Shown: positions 13,414 to 26,479 of the stretch, piece after piece
Position numbering within the stretch: position 1 is the first letter of the stretch
Layout of the letters: each line of letters opens with the position of its first letter
Source: Stegostoma tigrinum
Taxonomy: Eukaryota
Direction of reading: 5' to 3'
Assembly: GCF_030684315.1 (NCBI RefSeq)
Contig: NC_081371.1
Span: 8,759,550 to 8,823,549 of the forward strand
DNA: 64,000 nucleotides
Notes under the pieces: generated by a model
Database searches by the model: none
Told to the model about the DNA's origin: nothing
What the model saw: only the letters and a program-made list of their open reading frames with translations
Position numbers and translations under genes: made by a program

Positions 13414-13959
13414 CAGCCAATCAGATAGTTTTGGGGCCAGCAGCAGGCCTTTGTCTGGGACCAGGACCCTGGAGGCAAAAGGCCCACCTGGCGAGTTCCA
13501 TTGCGTGTGTTTCACAGTGCTGTCAGAACAGAGTCCCTACATCATTCCTTTATCTGATGTGACATGGTTGTGAATGCTAAGAACGAGGGCCATGAGGAGA
13601 CGGGTTGGGCAAAAAGCATAACATGGCTTCCATCTGGCTGCTGAGTGTGCAGTTCCTCAATTGTCATTGCTGGAGCGATACTCCTGAGCAAGTTTCCTCA
13701 GGGCAACAGCAGTTGTATCTGGGATCAGTCTATTCTCAATATATTGGCAAAGTGAGGGAAGGGGTCATTGACAGTGCTATCAAGATGCACTTAGCAGTAA
13801 CTTGTTCACCAATATTTTACGTTCCAAAAATGAGACCAAAGACCTGAACCTGGGAGGTGAGGTGAGAGTGAGTGCCCTTGGCATTGAGACAGCGCCAAGG
13901 AGCCTGAGCAAATCTGCAGTCAGTGGGAATTGAGGGAATGTTCTCTCCTCATTGGAGCC

Positions 13960-15150
13960 ATACATAGCACAATTAGTGGTGATGAAGGTCAGTCATCTTA
14001 GTCCAAGGATATCAATGTAGAAGTTCCTCATGTTGATGTTCCAGGCCTAGTCGTCATCTGCTGCTTCCTCCATGACCCACCATATGTCATATCACTCAGA
14101 TGTACAGCTGTTCTGGCTGCTTACCGGCTGGAGCTGTCACTGATCAAGTATAGCAAGATCTGAACAAACTCCAAGCTTGGGCTGATAGTGAGAAGCAGCA
14201 TTTTTGCTGTGCAAGTGTTAGCCAGTGGCCATCTCCAGCAAGAGAGAATCCAGGCATCTCTCCTTCACATTCACTGGCATTACCATTGCTGAATTCCCAC
14301 AGGGGCTAGCATTGACCAGAAACTGAACTGGAGCAGCTTACAAGAGCAGGGCAGAGACTGGGAATTCTCTGGTGAGTAACACAACTTCTGATTTCCCAAA
14401 GAGACAGCAAGAACTGCAGATGCTGGAGTCCGAGACAACACAGTGTGGAGCTGGAGGAACACAGCAGTCCAGGCAGCATCAGAGAAGCACGAAAGCTGAT
14501 GTTTCAGGTCAGGACACTTATTCAGAAAATGGATTTTCTGAAGAAGAGTCCCGACCCTAAACATCTACTTTCCTGCTCCTCTGATGCTGCCTGGCCTACT
14601 ATGTTCCCCCAACTCCAAACTGTGTTGTTTCTGATTTCGCAAAGTCTGTTCGCCATCTACAAGGCTCAATTGGGAAGTTTGATGGAATGCACCTCACTTG
14701 CCTAGATGGTTGTAGCTCTAACAACACTTGAAAAAGCTCAACAACATCGGTGACAAAGCAGCCTGCTTGACTGACAACCCATTCACGACCTTAAACATTC
14801 CCTGTCTTCATACCTGGTAGACAATGTGTCCCATCTACAAGATGCATTTCAGCAACTGATCAAAGCTCCCCCAACAGCATCTTCCAAAGTCTCAACTTCT
14901 GCCATTTAGAAGCAAAGGGCAAAAGATGAATGGGAACGTCACCACCTATAAATTTCCCTCCAAAGCACATCCTGATTGGAAATGTATCGCTGTTGTTTGG
15001 TGAAGATCATGGACTTGCTTCCCTGATGGCATTGTGGATCTACCTACACCAAAGGGACTGCAGCGGTATAAGAAGACAGCTCACCATCACCTTCTCATGA
15101 CACTTAGGGTTGGCCAATAAACGTTGGCCTTACGAGCAACGTTCACACTC
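13960..15150 (+). mobile_element. Decayed CR1/L2-group LINE, RT 3' half and tail (second LINE family)
   Basis: Remnants of VPQGSVLGP, DL..LQAWAD and AIYKAQLGSLME. The tail is shared with 53900-54225 and 28150-28210. Confidence 0.7.
14402..14628. mobile_element. Penelope-derived fold-back mini-element, family A, nested in a LINE
   Basis: Palindrome centred on cagaaaat-gg-attttctg. TSD ttctgatttc(c/g)caaag (14386-14401 and 14629-14644). Confidence 0.85.
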
Positions 15151-15449
15151 CAGGAGCAAGTTAGTTCTCATTAATCTCCTCAAAGATACTCCACAACTTA
15201 TGCAAAAGTTCATTTCACATTTCTAATATCTGCAGTACTTTGATTTTGTCATATGTTGATTACCTCGTCATCTGCAGAAACGGTTCCTAAAAAGGGGAGA
15301 CATTACCAGAAAAACAGCAGGCCGTTGCGTGCCTTAAGCTTGTTCTGCCATTTAGGTGAAACGTGACTGCACTGTATCTGAACTCCATTTCCACTGTTAG
15401 TGCCATGTGAACTCTTGTATCTGCTTGACAGGGAAAACAGAATCTTAGT

Positions 15450-15560
15450 TTAGCATTTCATCTGAAAAGTTGTGCCTGACAGTGCAGCACACCCTCACTA
15501 CTGCTTCGGACTATTGGCCTAAACTATGTGTTCATGTTTTAGATGAGTGTGGTGGTATAG
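15450..15560 (-). mobile_element. DeuSINE-like fragment
   Basis: tttcatctgaaaag...gacagtgcagcacaccctcactactgc motif. Confidence 0.5.
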
Positions 15561-17242
15561 AGCCAGAGCTGACGTTGTGCAAATAAATGGCATCCTTGCC
15601 TTTTATAGAGTCAGAAATCAATCCTCCTCTGTCAGAGTCTTTGTTATCTTGCTTTTGAGACCCCGGTACCACAATTGATGAGACCTTATCTTTGGTGAAG
15701 GAGAACCCTTGAGACTTTATACGTTCTGAGTGCTGTATGAAGAGTGCTGGTGTTGTGGCAAGTCATATGCTTTATGACGAGGTGTGAAATTAAATTATAC
15801 ATTGCAGAGGCTGGTTAAAAAAAGCCAAGGTATCAATAAAGCATGCACTGGATCATTACGAAGGCGTAACTTGCTCTGCCCTCAAGAACACTTTGTGCCA
15901 TTATGATTTTTGAAGTGGCCGAGAAATCTCTGATGAGGGTGCTGGTTGCCCCGTCAATCTCAAGGACAAACTCCATCCTTTCTTATGCAATACTTTCGTG
16001 AGAAGGGTAGTTTAATATTGAACTCTTCCATTAGCAATTTTGCAACTCTTGGTGTAAACAAAAAATATACAACATATTTCAAATGCAGCTTAGCCTTCGT
16101 CTGGGACTAACAGCTGTACGCACTTGAATTATGTTTCAAAAATGCACTTTTTTTTAATATTGGAATCACTTATTTGCAAAAAGCAAGGTATTGATTTCAG
16201 TCAAGTGTATGGATTGGGCAAGGTCTTTGGTGTGAGAAGCTTGTTTATTTTGAAAATAAATTCAGCAGAAAGACTTTGCAGGGCCCTGGGCTGTTATGCT
16301 CATTGTCCCAGTGTATTTATTGATGACTTGCACAAGCATTGCTGTTTGCTCTGTGTTCGGATCGGGAGACGTCAGGCTAATGAAAGGACTTTGCTGAACC
16401 TCTTGATTAATTAACTCTCTTACTCCAGGGTAAAGCACGCGGCAATGTTAATTATAACCATATTAATGAAAGCTGCAGGCCTCGTGCGCATTTAGCTATT
16501 GTTAAGCTTTCGGAAGCTGATCGGGTATTAGTTTCTGAAGGGTTGACTTTTAAAGCAAACAATGATTCTGAAGGGTCTGATAAATAGAATGGCAATTTCT
16601 GCTCAACAGTGAAATAAAATATGGGTACATATCTGAATTCTGTCTGATTTTGCTGCTGCTTTTTCGGCCGAGCCTAGCTGACGCAGGAGATGTCATTGTG
16701 TGTTGTTTATGGCTGGGTGTGGTTTGAAATGCTTCCAGGTCACAAGGGGTTGTTTGAAGACCACCTTCCATTTGTCACTGGTAATTTGGCTTCCAATTCC
16801 ACACATTGTTGGCTCACAAAACGGAATATGATATCCACTGTTTGTAGTGAACGTTTAAAGGAAGAGACTTGAGGTTTTGACCTGGTTTGTGACAAATTGG
16901 TTCTGAAAAGCGATGACATTTCTTCCAATTTTTTTCCTCCCCCAACATTTGCTCAAATCCTCCACCTTTCTCTACAGTTCTTCAAGGCTCTTGTCGACAG
17001 GTTCACATGATGCTAAATGCTCCAGCCATTTTGTCCCACCTCCACTCCCTGATCCCTTGCGTCACCATCCCTCCGTGTGTGAGACTGGTGAGTGGTCACA
17101 GCCATGCACTTGCTTTCGGAATACAGTTCTTGTCGTTGCGAGGTGTCATCTTCTCATGAGCAACTGGAAAGCAGACAGAAGCACTGTGTGCAAGTTGGAT
17201 GATCCTCATCAGTCAAATAAAAGCCTGTTCCCCAGTTCAGAG

Positions 17243-17885
17243 AATCATTGAAGCGTACAGGACAGAACAGGCCCTTTGTACTGCCAAAAATGCAATACCA
17301 CCTTTGCCAGCCCCACTTTCCGACATTGGGCCTTGAATGTTTTATCAAGTGCTCATCTGAGCACTGTATATAGCTTGGAAAGTTTCCCAGCTCAACTATA
17401 CTCTCATGCAGTGCATTCCATATCCCCAGTATCCTCTGGGTGGAAAAGGGCATTCACCCAATCCCTCTCAACCTCCTGCCTTTCATCTTAACGTTATGCA
17501 TCCTTGTTATTGACGCTTCAGTGAAGAGGAAAAGCTCCTTTCTATTCACTATCAGTGCCCCTCATAATCATATACAAGCCTCACCTCTCTGAACTCAAAA
17601 ATATCCGGCCTCTCTTCATAGCTGAGCTTTTCCAGCGCAGACAGCATCCTGGTGAATCTCCTCTGCAAACCCTCCACTGTAATCACGACTTTTCCATAGT
17701 GTGCTGATCAAAACTGCACGCAGTACTCTTAGGCTCCAACGTGACCTCTCTGCTCTTGCAGTCTGTGCTGTGAATGATAAAGGCAAGTGTCCTGTTTGCC
17801 ATCTCGTGTAACCCCATTCAACTGTCCTGCTGCCTTCAGAGATCTGTGGACAAGCATCCCAAGATCTCTCCGTTACTTTGAGCTT
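17243..17885 (-). mobile_element. CR1 3' end (RT C-terminus and UTR)
   Basis: FSTQRILGIWNAL motif. Paralogous to 1806-2500. Confidence 0.8.
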
Positions 17886-18576
17886 GTTTGTTTCTTCCCA
17901 GTATTTCCAATATCTTGATAACTAATATATAAATGTGTTCAAATAAAAGTAGTTTTTCAATGTCCTGTTAATTTTTCTCCCCAGTTGATCACAGCAGTAT
18001 CTAGCACGATTGTTGTTGAAAACTCCATGGCAATCCCTGAGGGTTAGAAATTGCTGTGGAATAACTGCAGAACCTGACTCACTGATCTTGCACCCCCAGT
18101 CCATTCCTTGAAAACAGTGCTTTTCTTAATGTAGATTTTCCAGAATGCTCTTTCTGGGCACATTGTAAGGTTTATAAATGTGGCAGAATGATTTATTAAG
18201 CAACGTAGTGGCTCTGACATTCGTTCACTGTGATTTTTAGCTGGGAAGGGGGCTGTGAATTGTGCTGTACATACATCTGATTGCTTTGTGGCAGGAGACT
18301 GGCCTGCCTCCTTCGTCTGCACGACTTAGCATTGATACCTGCTCCTGTGGTAAGGATCTCCTCAACATTTTCTGCACCCTCTGAAATAGCAACAGGCACC
18401 CAGCAGTGTTATTATCCAATCACTTGGTGCAACTTGTCTGCCTTTCCTTAAACGTCAGCTGTTCCTTAACGGGATGATGAGAACATCATTGCTGCAATGG
18501 AAGTTCTTGCTGTCTGGACACCAAGACTGCCAGACTTCTCCACACTGAGAGTTGCAGTAGTGGACACATTAGAGGG

Positions 18577-19098
18577 GTATGTATGTGTTTGTGTGACAGT
18601 ATAAGTGTATAGTATGAGTGTGTGTGTGTGTGTGTAGGTGTGAGTGTCTGTGTAGGTGTGTTGCAGGGGTGGGGAGAGTGTGTGAGAGTCTTGGGGAGGA
18701 GTGTGTGTGTGGGGAGGTGTGAGTGTGTGTGTAGGTGTGTTGCNNNNNNNNNNNNNNNNNNNNNNNNNNNNNNNNNNNNNNNNNNNNNNNNNNNNNNNNN
18801 NNNNNNNNNNNNNNNNNNNNNNNNNNNNNNNNNNNNNNNNNNNNNNNNNNNNNNNNNNNNNNNNNNNNNNNNNNNNNNNNNNNNNNNNNNNNNNNNNNNN
18901 NNNNNNNNNNNNNNNNNNNNNNNNNNNNNNNNNNNNNNNNNNNNNNNNNNNNNNNNNNNNNNNNNNNNNNNNNNNNNNNNNNNNNNNNNNNNAGGTGTGT
19001 TGCAGGGGTGGGGAGAGTGTGTGAGAGTCTTGGGGAGGAGTGTGTGTGTGTGTGCGCGTGCATGTGTGTTTGTGTATGTATGCATGTGTGTGTGCGCG
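18577..19098. repeat. GT-rich minisatellite/microsatellite spanning an assembly gap
   Basis: ~79-bp unit starting aggtgtgttgcaggggtggggagagtgtgtgagagtcttggggagg occurs on both sides of the gap, among (GT)n tracts. Confidence 0.9.
18744..18992. other. Assembly gap (249 N)
   Basis: Run of N. Confidence 1.
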
Positions 19099-19366
19099 CT
19101 TGTAGTAGGATAGACACCCAGCTCCTTTAGGGGCTAGGAAATCCTCCAGGATTCTGTTTGGAATGGAGCATGAGTAGTTGGCTCGAGGACCTATTTGGAC
19201 AACAGTAGGTGGATACTCAAGTTTAATGAATGAATGAATGAATGCACCTTGACATGATATTTCCCACACACCAGATTGCCAGCCCACTGCGTTGTTCAAG
19301 CACTCCCATGACCCAGCCAGCAGTGATTCTGACAGGCAAGACCAGTAATGCTTTGGGGATTCTGGT

Positions 19367-19471
19367 GGCATTGTGGCAGCATCCCTACCTCTGAGTCAGG
19401 AGCCCTGGGTTCAAGTCCCACCTGCCCAGAGGTGTGTACTTACATCTCTGAATAGGTTGATTAGAAAATAT
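19367..19471 (+). mobile_element. Short tRNA-derived SINE remnant
   Basis: ggcattgtggcagcatccctacctctgagtcagg...gggttcaagtccc (B box). A related copy lies on the minus strand at ~51430-51512. Confidence 0.6.
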
Positions 19472-20907
19472 TTGGAAAAAAGCACCAGTAATGCCTCTCA
19501 TTGTTTCCACCTGTGTGTAGAATAAGTTCTGTGATGTGTCAGTAACAAGTGTGCATTTGCATCACCAGCAGAAACAAAAACAAAATCCTGTACGCAATAC
19601 ATATATATATTTCAGATTTTCCCACAGGAACGAAAGAAGAATAAATATCATGCCCGCCCATTGCAAAAGCAACGAGCCCTTGCACAATTACTAGATTCTC
19701 AGAATTGCATTGAAATTTACCAGGTGGTGTTTGACCGCACAGCCACACAGTTGTCTGCTCGTTACAATAACCTCTCCACAGTCACAAGTGAATGAAGGTT
19801 TTGTCAATTTTTACAGTGCAGCGTGTATTTCAGCCATTCAACAGATGTAAAGTTGAATTGGTAGTAACGTCCCAACACAAGAGGTAAGGGTCCCGTGTTT
19901 CAATGTGACAAGCTCGAAATAGAAACAAGTGAAGGAAACTTGCCTTTTGAATTGCGAGAAAATGTGGGACAGGTAACTTAGCCTATGGAGTATCCACTTA
20001 GGACTGCATTCCACAGTGAGGGACAACATGTGAACAGGAGGGTGAAAATCAGAGAGACACTGTCCCTGTAAACTGGAATATTGCAAGAGCTGGGAAGTGA
20101 GGGAAAACTTGAGTTGTGACTCGGGAAAGACAGCACGGAGGTGAGGAGAGAATAGAATCCTAGGAGGGAGGATAACTTTTGCATTTTCTTTGGCAGGGGG
20201 ATGAGGGCAGTGAATCTGTGGCATTTATGTTGCTGGCAGTTCTTTGAGATTAAAGATTTATAAATTGAGTGTTAAATGATTTACCATTTTGCGAGTAGGC
20301 TGTCTCTTACAGTGTGTGAATTGGGCTCAGTTAATATGGAGAAGTGTGCCTTGTTTAAAGTATCATGTGATTTAATCTTACAAGAACTTTTGCACAGTTG
20401 TTTGGAGACTTGGGATTGGAATCTGAAAATTTTCATACAACCCTGAAGAAATACTCCCATGTCTTTATATGTTGAACGGCTTTGAGATGGATCTTTTAAT
20501 AATTCTACAAAACCAACTGCTACAGGAAGTGTCGGACCACTGGCCCAAAAATTTCTCTTGCTAACTCTGAATCACGTGTTAACATACCTCCTGCCTATGT
20601 CAGCCAGCTGCGACCCTCCCCTGGCCCTCTTGGCTCCCAGATCTCCCGCCTGCTTGCTATTTTGCTGTTCTCACTGTGAACAAGTGGGGAAGCAAGCAAG
20701 AGGTGCTTTGAATGGGAGCATCAGGGAGGGAAGCTGTGAGTGAAGAAGAGGCGACAAGCAGCAGGGAAGCAGCATGCAGAAAGGTCCCATTCGGAAATAG
20801 CAAGAGGGAGAGTTAAGGGAGGGAAGCAGCATGCAGAAAGATCAGATAGAGGAAGAACATGAAAAAGGGCTGTTGGGAGAAGCACTGATAGGGCATGTCC
20901 GGAAGAA

Positions 20908-21106
20908 CATAACAAGGTGTAGAGCTGGATGAACACAGCAGGCCAAGCAGCATCTTAGGAGCAGGAATGCTGACGTTTTGCGCCTAGAAGGGTCTAAGCC
21001 TGAAATGTCAGCCTTGCTGCTCCTAAGATGCTGCTTGGCCTGCTGTATTCATCCAGCTCCACACCTTGTTATCTCGGATTCTCCAGCATCTACAGTTCTT
21101 GCTATC
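20908..21106. mobile_element. Penelope-derived fold-back mini-element, family A
   Basis: Arms match the terminal repeat of the 31.7-35.0 kb element. Approximate TSD tc(c/t)ggaagaa (20898-20907 and 21107-21116). Confidence 0.85.
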
Positions 21107-21638
21107 TCTGGAAGAAGAACAGGCAACTGCTGGGCCACAGAAAAGCCATATACGGACATCGCTTTTACTTTTATCAGGAAAGTTTTGTGCTTCAGTGAGT
21201 TACATTCCTGCCTCTGATCAGGGAGGAAACAGCAGTCATAATTTATTGTATGGCACCTGATGGCCTATGCACAGGCATGTCTCTTAGATAGAACACTGGG
21301 CAGTTTCATTTACAAATTTGTATCACCTTCACTCACCTGCCAGTGCTGCCAGCCTCAGACTGACCTCAGCATGAGCTATCTTTTGATTATTGCTGGAACA
21401 GAGAGAGCTGTTGCTAAGGCTTGTTAGCTTGCATTCATCAGGGTACAAGGCAAGAATGCCAATTTGCACACAAGCAGTTATTGCCCGTTTGAAATAGTTC
21501 CACAAATTTAATTTACCTGCACTCAGGTTGCCTGGCTGATTAAATAACCACTTCAGCTCCTATCATGCCACTGCCTGCTTGTTCTTTGGGAGTTGACTGG
21601 ACCTTCGCTGTCTAATTTAGGCTTTTGGATGTCACCTC

Positions 21639-23121
21639 AGAGTAACTAGAGTGAGATAAGGGCCCATGTCAAAGGTCAAAGAGGCCATCTTCGTGTCAAA
21701 CCTCAGGAGATGGGAGAGATATTTAAATGATTATTTTGCACCAGCTTTCACTGTGGAGAAAGAAGTAAGCTAGAGAACGGGGGGAAATAAGTATTGGTGT
21801 TTTAAAAACAGTTCTCATAACAGAAGAGGAAGTGCTGGAGGTCTTAGAAAATATAAAGGTAGGTCAAGTTCCAGGACCCGATTTGGTGTATCCCAGGACT
21901 TTTGTGGGAAGTTGGGGAGGAAATTGCACAAATATTTACATCATCAAAAACGCAGATCAGGTGCCAGATAACTGGAGAGTTGTTAATGTCGCCAACGAGA
22001 AATGGAGTTGCTGGAAAAGCTCAGTACATCTGGCAGCGTCTGTGAAGAAAAAATCAGAGTTGACGTTTTGCATTCGGTGACACTTCCTCAGAACCTGGAC
22101 CCGAAACAGTAACTCTGATTTTTTTTTCTTCACAGATGCTGCCAGACTTGCCAAGCTTTTCCAGCAACTTCTGTTTCTGTCCCTGATTTACAGCATCTGC
22201 AGTTCTGTCGGTTTTTATTTGCTAATGTTGTGCTTGTGTTTAAGAAAGCCTGGGAACTATAGACCTGTGAATCTGACTTTGGTGATGTATAAGTTGATGG
22301 AAGCGATTCTGAAAGATTGGATTTATTTGCATCTGGAGAAGCAAGGAATGGTTTGAGATAGTCAGCATGGTTTTGTATGAGGGAAGCCACAAAGGTAAAA
22401 CTTATACAATTACAAGTAGGGCCTTGGGCAGTGTTTTAGAATGGAGAGACCTAGAGTTTTAGGTACATAATTCTGTGAAGTTTGCATCACATATGGATAA
22501 GGTGATTGGCAAGGTGCTTAGCACGCTTGCATGCATTGGTCACACCTTTGAGTAAAGGATGTTATGTTGAGGTTGTACAGGATGTTGGAGAGGCCTCTTC
22601 TGGAGTACTGTGTCCGGTTCTGGTCTCCCTGTATAGGAAGGATATTATTAAGCTGGAGCGGGCTCAGAACAGATGTACCAGGATGTTGCCAGGAATGGAG
22701 AGTTTGAGTTATAAGAAGCAGGATAGGCTGGGATTTTTTTTCATTGGAGCATAGGAGGTTGAGAGGTGCCCTTGTAGAGGTTTATAAAATCATGGTGGGT
22801 ATAGATAAGTTGATTGGCAGATGTCTTTTCCACAGGGTGGGGATTTTAAGACATGGGGCACATTTTTAAGATGAAAGGAGAATGATTTGGCAGAGGCAAG
22901 CAGGGCAACCTCTTTATGCAGAGCATGGTTCATGTGTGGAATGAACTTTGAGAGGAAGTGGTGGATGCAGGTACATTATAGTTTAAAAGCCATTTGGATA
23001 AGTACTTGAAAAAGAAACAGTTGGAGGGATTGGGCAAAACACAGGCAGGTGGGACGAGTTTAGCTTGGAATTATGTTCGGTATGGCCAGATTGGGCTGAA
23101 GGGTCTGCTTCTGTATGACTC
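21639..23121 (+). mobile_element. CR1 LINE fragment with internal RT deletion
   Basis: VLENIKVGQVPGPDLVYPR and QVPDNWRVVNV; jumps near 22385 from QHGF to the post-catalytic region; IKLERAQNRCTRMLPG; 3' tail. Confidence 0.85.
21992..22218. mobile_element. Penelope-derived fold-back mini-element, family B, nested in CR1
   Basis: Inverted arms. Degenerate TSD ttg(t/c)taatgt(c/t)g (21980-21991 and 22219-22230). Confidence 0.85.
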
Positions 23122-23356
23122 AGATGGTTGGACAGACTAATGGGAGAGTGCTGATCCCACATTTTCGGGTGCACACAGGGAATGTTTCTGCATGTATCTG
23201 TCTCAGTGAGGAATGCTGCATGGGCCACGGTGCTGGGCAATTTCAGAGTGAATTTTATGGCTAATATTAAGTACCATTTTCAAAACAAACCCCCGTTCAT
23301 AAGTTGAATCAGATGACAGGTGATTTTTTCTTATGTTGCAACATGAGTTAGAAGTT

Positions 23357-23541
23357 CAGAGATAGTAGGAACTGCAGATGCTGGAGACTCTGAGATAACA
23401 CAGTGTGGAGCTGGATGAACGCAGCAGGCCAAGCAGCATCATAGGAGCAGGAAGGCTGTTTCGGGCCTGAAACGTCAGATTTCCTGCTCCTCTGGTGCTG
23501 CTTGGCCTGCTGTGTCTGTCCAGCTCTACACCTTGCTATCT
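23357..23541. mobile_element. Penelope-derived fold-back mini-element, family A
   Basis: Inverted arms joined at gtttcgggcctgaaac. Perfect 14-bp TSD atgagttagaagtt (23343-23356 and 23542-23555). Confidence 0.88.
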
Positions 23542-24564
23542 ATGAGTTAGAAGTTGCTTACTACTCCATAACACTGGCTGAATTATAGTTTTACTTGGAG
23601 TGCCATCACACACTGTGTCCCTGTTTATTATGTTGAATGTTCTTAAAAAAAACTGGGACAACAGTTGACTATGAATAGACCCATCAATCATGATTGGGAT
23701 TGTAGATTAATTAAGCATGCTCAAATGCACTTGAGAAATTATACACCCGCTCAATGTATGAAATGTAAATTCTCTTTGATATGTGCCAAATACGGAACAT
23801 GTCAGATTTAAAGCTATCTGCTCGGATCGATTGGTGAAACACTATTGCAGCAACTAATTAAATAGCAGATCAAACGTGGCAGGCTATTAGTCACGGAAAA
23901 TGGATCAGAGTGCAAAACCGTCCCATGAATTACTGTTTCTCTTATCACGGCATGGACTGCTGTTTCCTGTAACATGGTCAAGAAGGTCCAAAATAAATAG
24001 GGTTAACTAAGTTGAAACGAAAGGGTGTGAGAAAAGCTGCCTGTGACTTTCACAAGCCAGGTTAATTAGGAGGATGGAAAATGTGGAATGAAGCTTCCCA
24101 TGACAAGTCTCATTTACATTTAGAGTGGAGTGTCAGGCTGGCTTCGGGTTCTGCCTCCTGCTCAGTATATGCACTGCCTTGTTCATCTCTTGTGTTGTTA
24201 AATTTGCGTGGAGATTGATGACCAATTAACGTCAGCCCAGCCTGCCACTGCTGATAAAATGAGCACCATCATTGTGCTGCTTCCTCCTGCCTCTTTTGGA
24301 GTGGGAACTCCACCCTTTGTGAAGATTCGTCAGGGAGTTGTTTGTGAAGGGAGTGTCGGCTGCATGGAAATCCAATATTGTTCAGTGCTTGCTGAGTGCT
24401 CCTCACTCCGCCCCCTCCTTCAGGGGGCTCATACTGATGTGTGTTACAGGACATTGGAATCTTCGAGCTGCCTCTTACTCTCTGAGTTTTCACTCTTGAT
24501 GAGAGACTACGTACTAATAATGGGAACGTTTATCTAACTGGATGTGCGCAAATTTCCCGCCAGC

Positions 24565-24985
24565 TGTGTGTTACCACTCTCAGATCATGCTCAATAAGTT
24601 GTGGCTATCAAGTCCCATTTGAGGACTTAAGCACAAAAGGGTAACTCCCCAGGGCAGGATTGAGGACGTTCTGCCCTGTCTGAAACTTTACCTACGTGAT
24701 AAGACTTGTCAACCCATTACCCGTCTACTCTCCTAAAGGAATATAAAATATTTCACGGCGCTGATCTGAGAAAGGGCAGAGGTTTATCTCTAGTGTCCTG
24801 GCGAACATTTGTTCCTGACTTAACAGCACAAGAATACTGTACCTGTTCACTGTGGTGTTGCTGTTCGAGTTTGTTGGGTGCAGAATGGTTGCTGCATTTA
24901 GTAGCTGCTGCTGCAAGGTATCTCAGCGATGTTAAAGTATTTTGGAACATGCTTTGAGAATGAAAGGTGATGTAAATGGAAACCT
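24565..24985 (+). mobile_element. Decayed near-full DeuSINE/AmnSINE-like SINE
   Basis: caagtcccat..gaggacttaagcaca head, tgtcctggcgaacattt core, gaaaggtgatgtaaatg tail. Confidence 0.6.
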
Positions 24986-25429
24986 TTCACTGTCATTGAA
25001 CACTGGAGAACAGTTTATCCGCTGTTGCTTCCCTTCACCAGGTACAGGGCACTGAGGCCGATTTTCGGCTCCCATTGCCACTTGGACCAAGATCAGTCAA
25101 ATGGGGAACACGTAATTAATAGTTTATGCAGATGTTGCTCTGCTGTTATTTATAAACAATCACAAATCTTTCCATGCAAAATCTGACAATGCCATCACTA
25201 AAGTTGCTTACTGTAGATTGTTTGGCAACAGCTGATTTAAAGACTCAAAACTTGTATTCTTTGGAGGCATGAAGCTATCATTAGGTGGTTTTTGGAAGCC
25301 CTTCATCAGTTAAGTGCCCATGAGAGAGTCCAATGCCTGTTTTACTTATGTTCTGGGCTTCTTGAAATCTACATCTTTTGAAGTTTTCTGTGATTGACAC
25401 TTCAGATTATAGATGAGTGTCAGCATTGT

Positions 25430-25640
25430 TAGTGTGGAATTGGAGGCACATGTAGGTCAAACCAGGCAAGGACAGGGTGCCAAGTGAACCTGTTGGATTT
25501 TGAGAGCAATCCAACGGTTTTTCCAATATTTAACCCAATGTCAGGCTTTTGTTTCCAGACCTTTTTTAATTTTCGGGCCATCATGGTCAGGATTTGAACT
25601 CTTTGGATTGCTAGTTGAGTCACAAAATTATTACACTGCT
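25430..25640 (-). mobile_element. tRNA-derived SINE remnant
   Basis: ggatttgaac B-box complement. A similar degraded copy lies at ~27620-27875. Confidence 0.45.
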
Positions 25641-26479
25641 GTGTTACTACTCTTCTCTCCTGTTAGCCTGTGCACTGATTCGTATTTCATTCCCATTACT
25701 TCTGACCTTCCTTCACTACCTTCCAGCAGTCCCCTGTAATATCTGCACTCATTCTTGATGCTGATGTTTTTACAGTCTACCCGCCTTCTCATCTCCATTG
25801 CTACCTTTCCCCCACTTGCTATCATTTCAAATTTTTCTCTTCTTTCATCACATTGTCGAATTCTGTCTGTGAAATGGGTGGAATGCTGCAGGCTGGGGAC
25901 TGACACACAATGAAGGTAGAACCACTCAATGAGTAGGAGGTTAATGGGAATCTGCAGCACAGCTGTGGACTGGCAGTGTGTGTTTCACTGCAAGGCAACC
26001 TTTTGAAAATAAAGCAGTAGTGTGAGGAATTCCAGTTCTGTTTGGGATCTCTGCTGAGTAGTGAGTTGCTGTGGGAATGGTGCACAGTTAGGTGGGGTGG
26101 AACTTGGATATAACAATCATTATGAGTGCTGAAATGCCAATTATTATGGCGAGTGTGGCGAGGAGACTTGTGCAGCCTCACCGCGAGAATCGCTGCACCA
26201 AACTTGATACAATGCACACTTTGCCTGAAAACATAAAAGTTCATTTTATATTGGTCAGTATTGTTGGTCCTCCTGGAAGTGCTGCTGATTATGGTTGTTT
26301 GAAAGATAGATTTTTACCGTCCTCCTCTAAGTGTACGAAGTGACTTGGGTAGCATTCTGGCAAATGAGCTAGGAGGTTACCGGTCAAAGTTCCACTCCAA
26401 AGCTTTTTGCACCAATCTGGGCTCACACTTCCATCCACCTTTGAGGGAGTGTTGCTCTGGCATGGGTGTGGTGTTTTCA

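Noticed and set aside
18466-19371. Long ORFs up to 301 aa
   Set aside because: Artefacts of (GT)n repeats and an N gap.
19860-20560. Possible second solo LTR (purine-rich then AT-rich)
   Set aside because: No convincing TG...CA termini or TSD found.
20764-20840. 20-bp direct repeat gggaagcagcatgcagaaag
   Set aside because: A two-copy local duplication with no recognisable insert or function.
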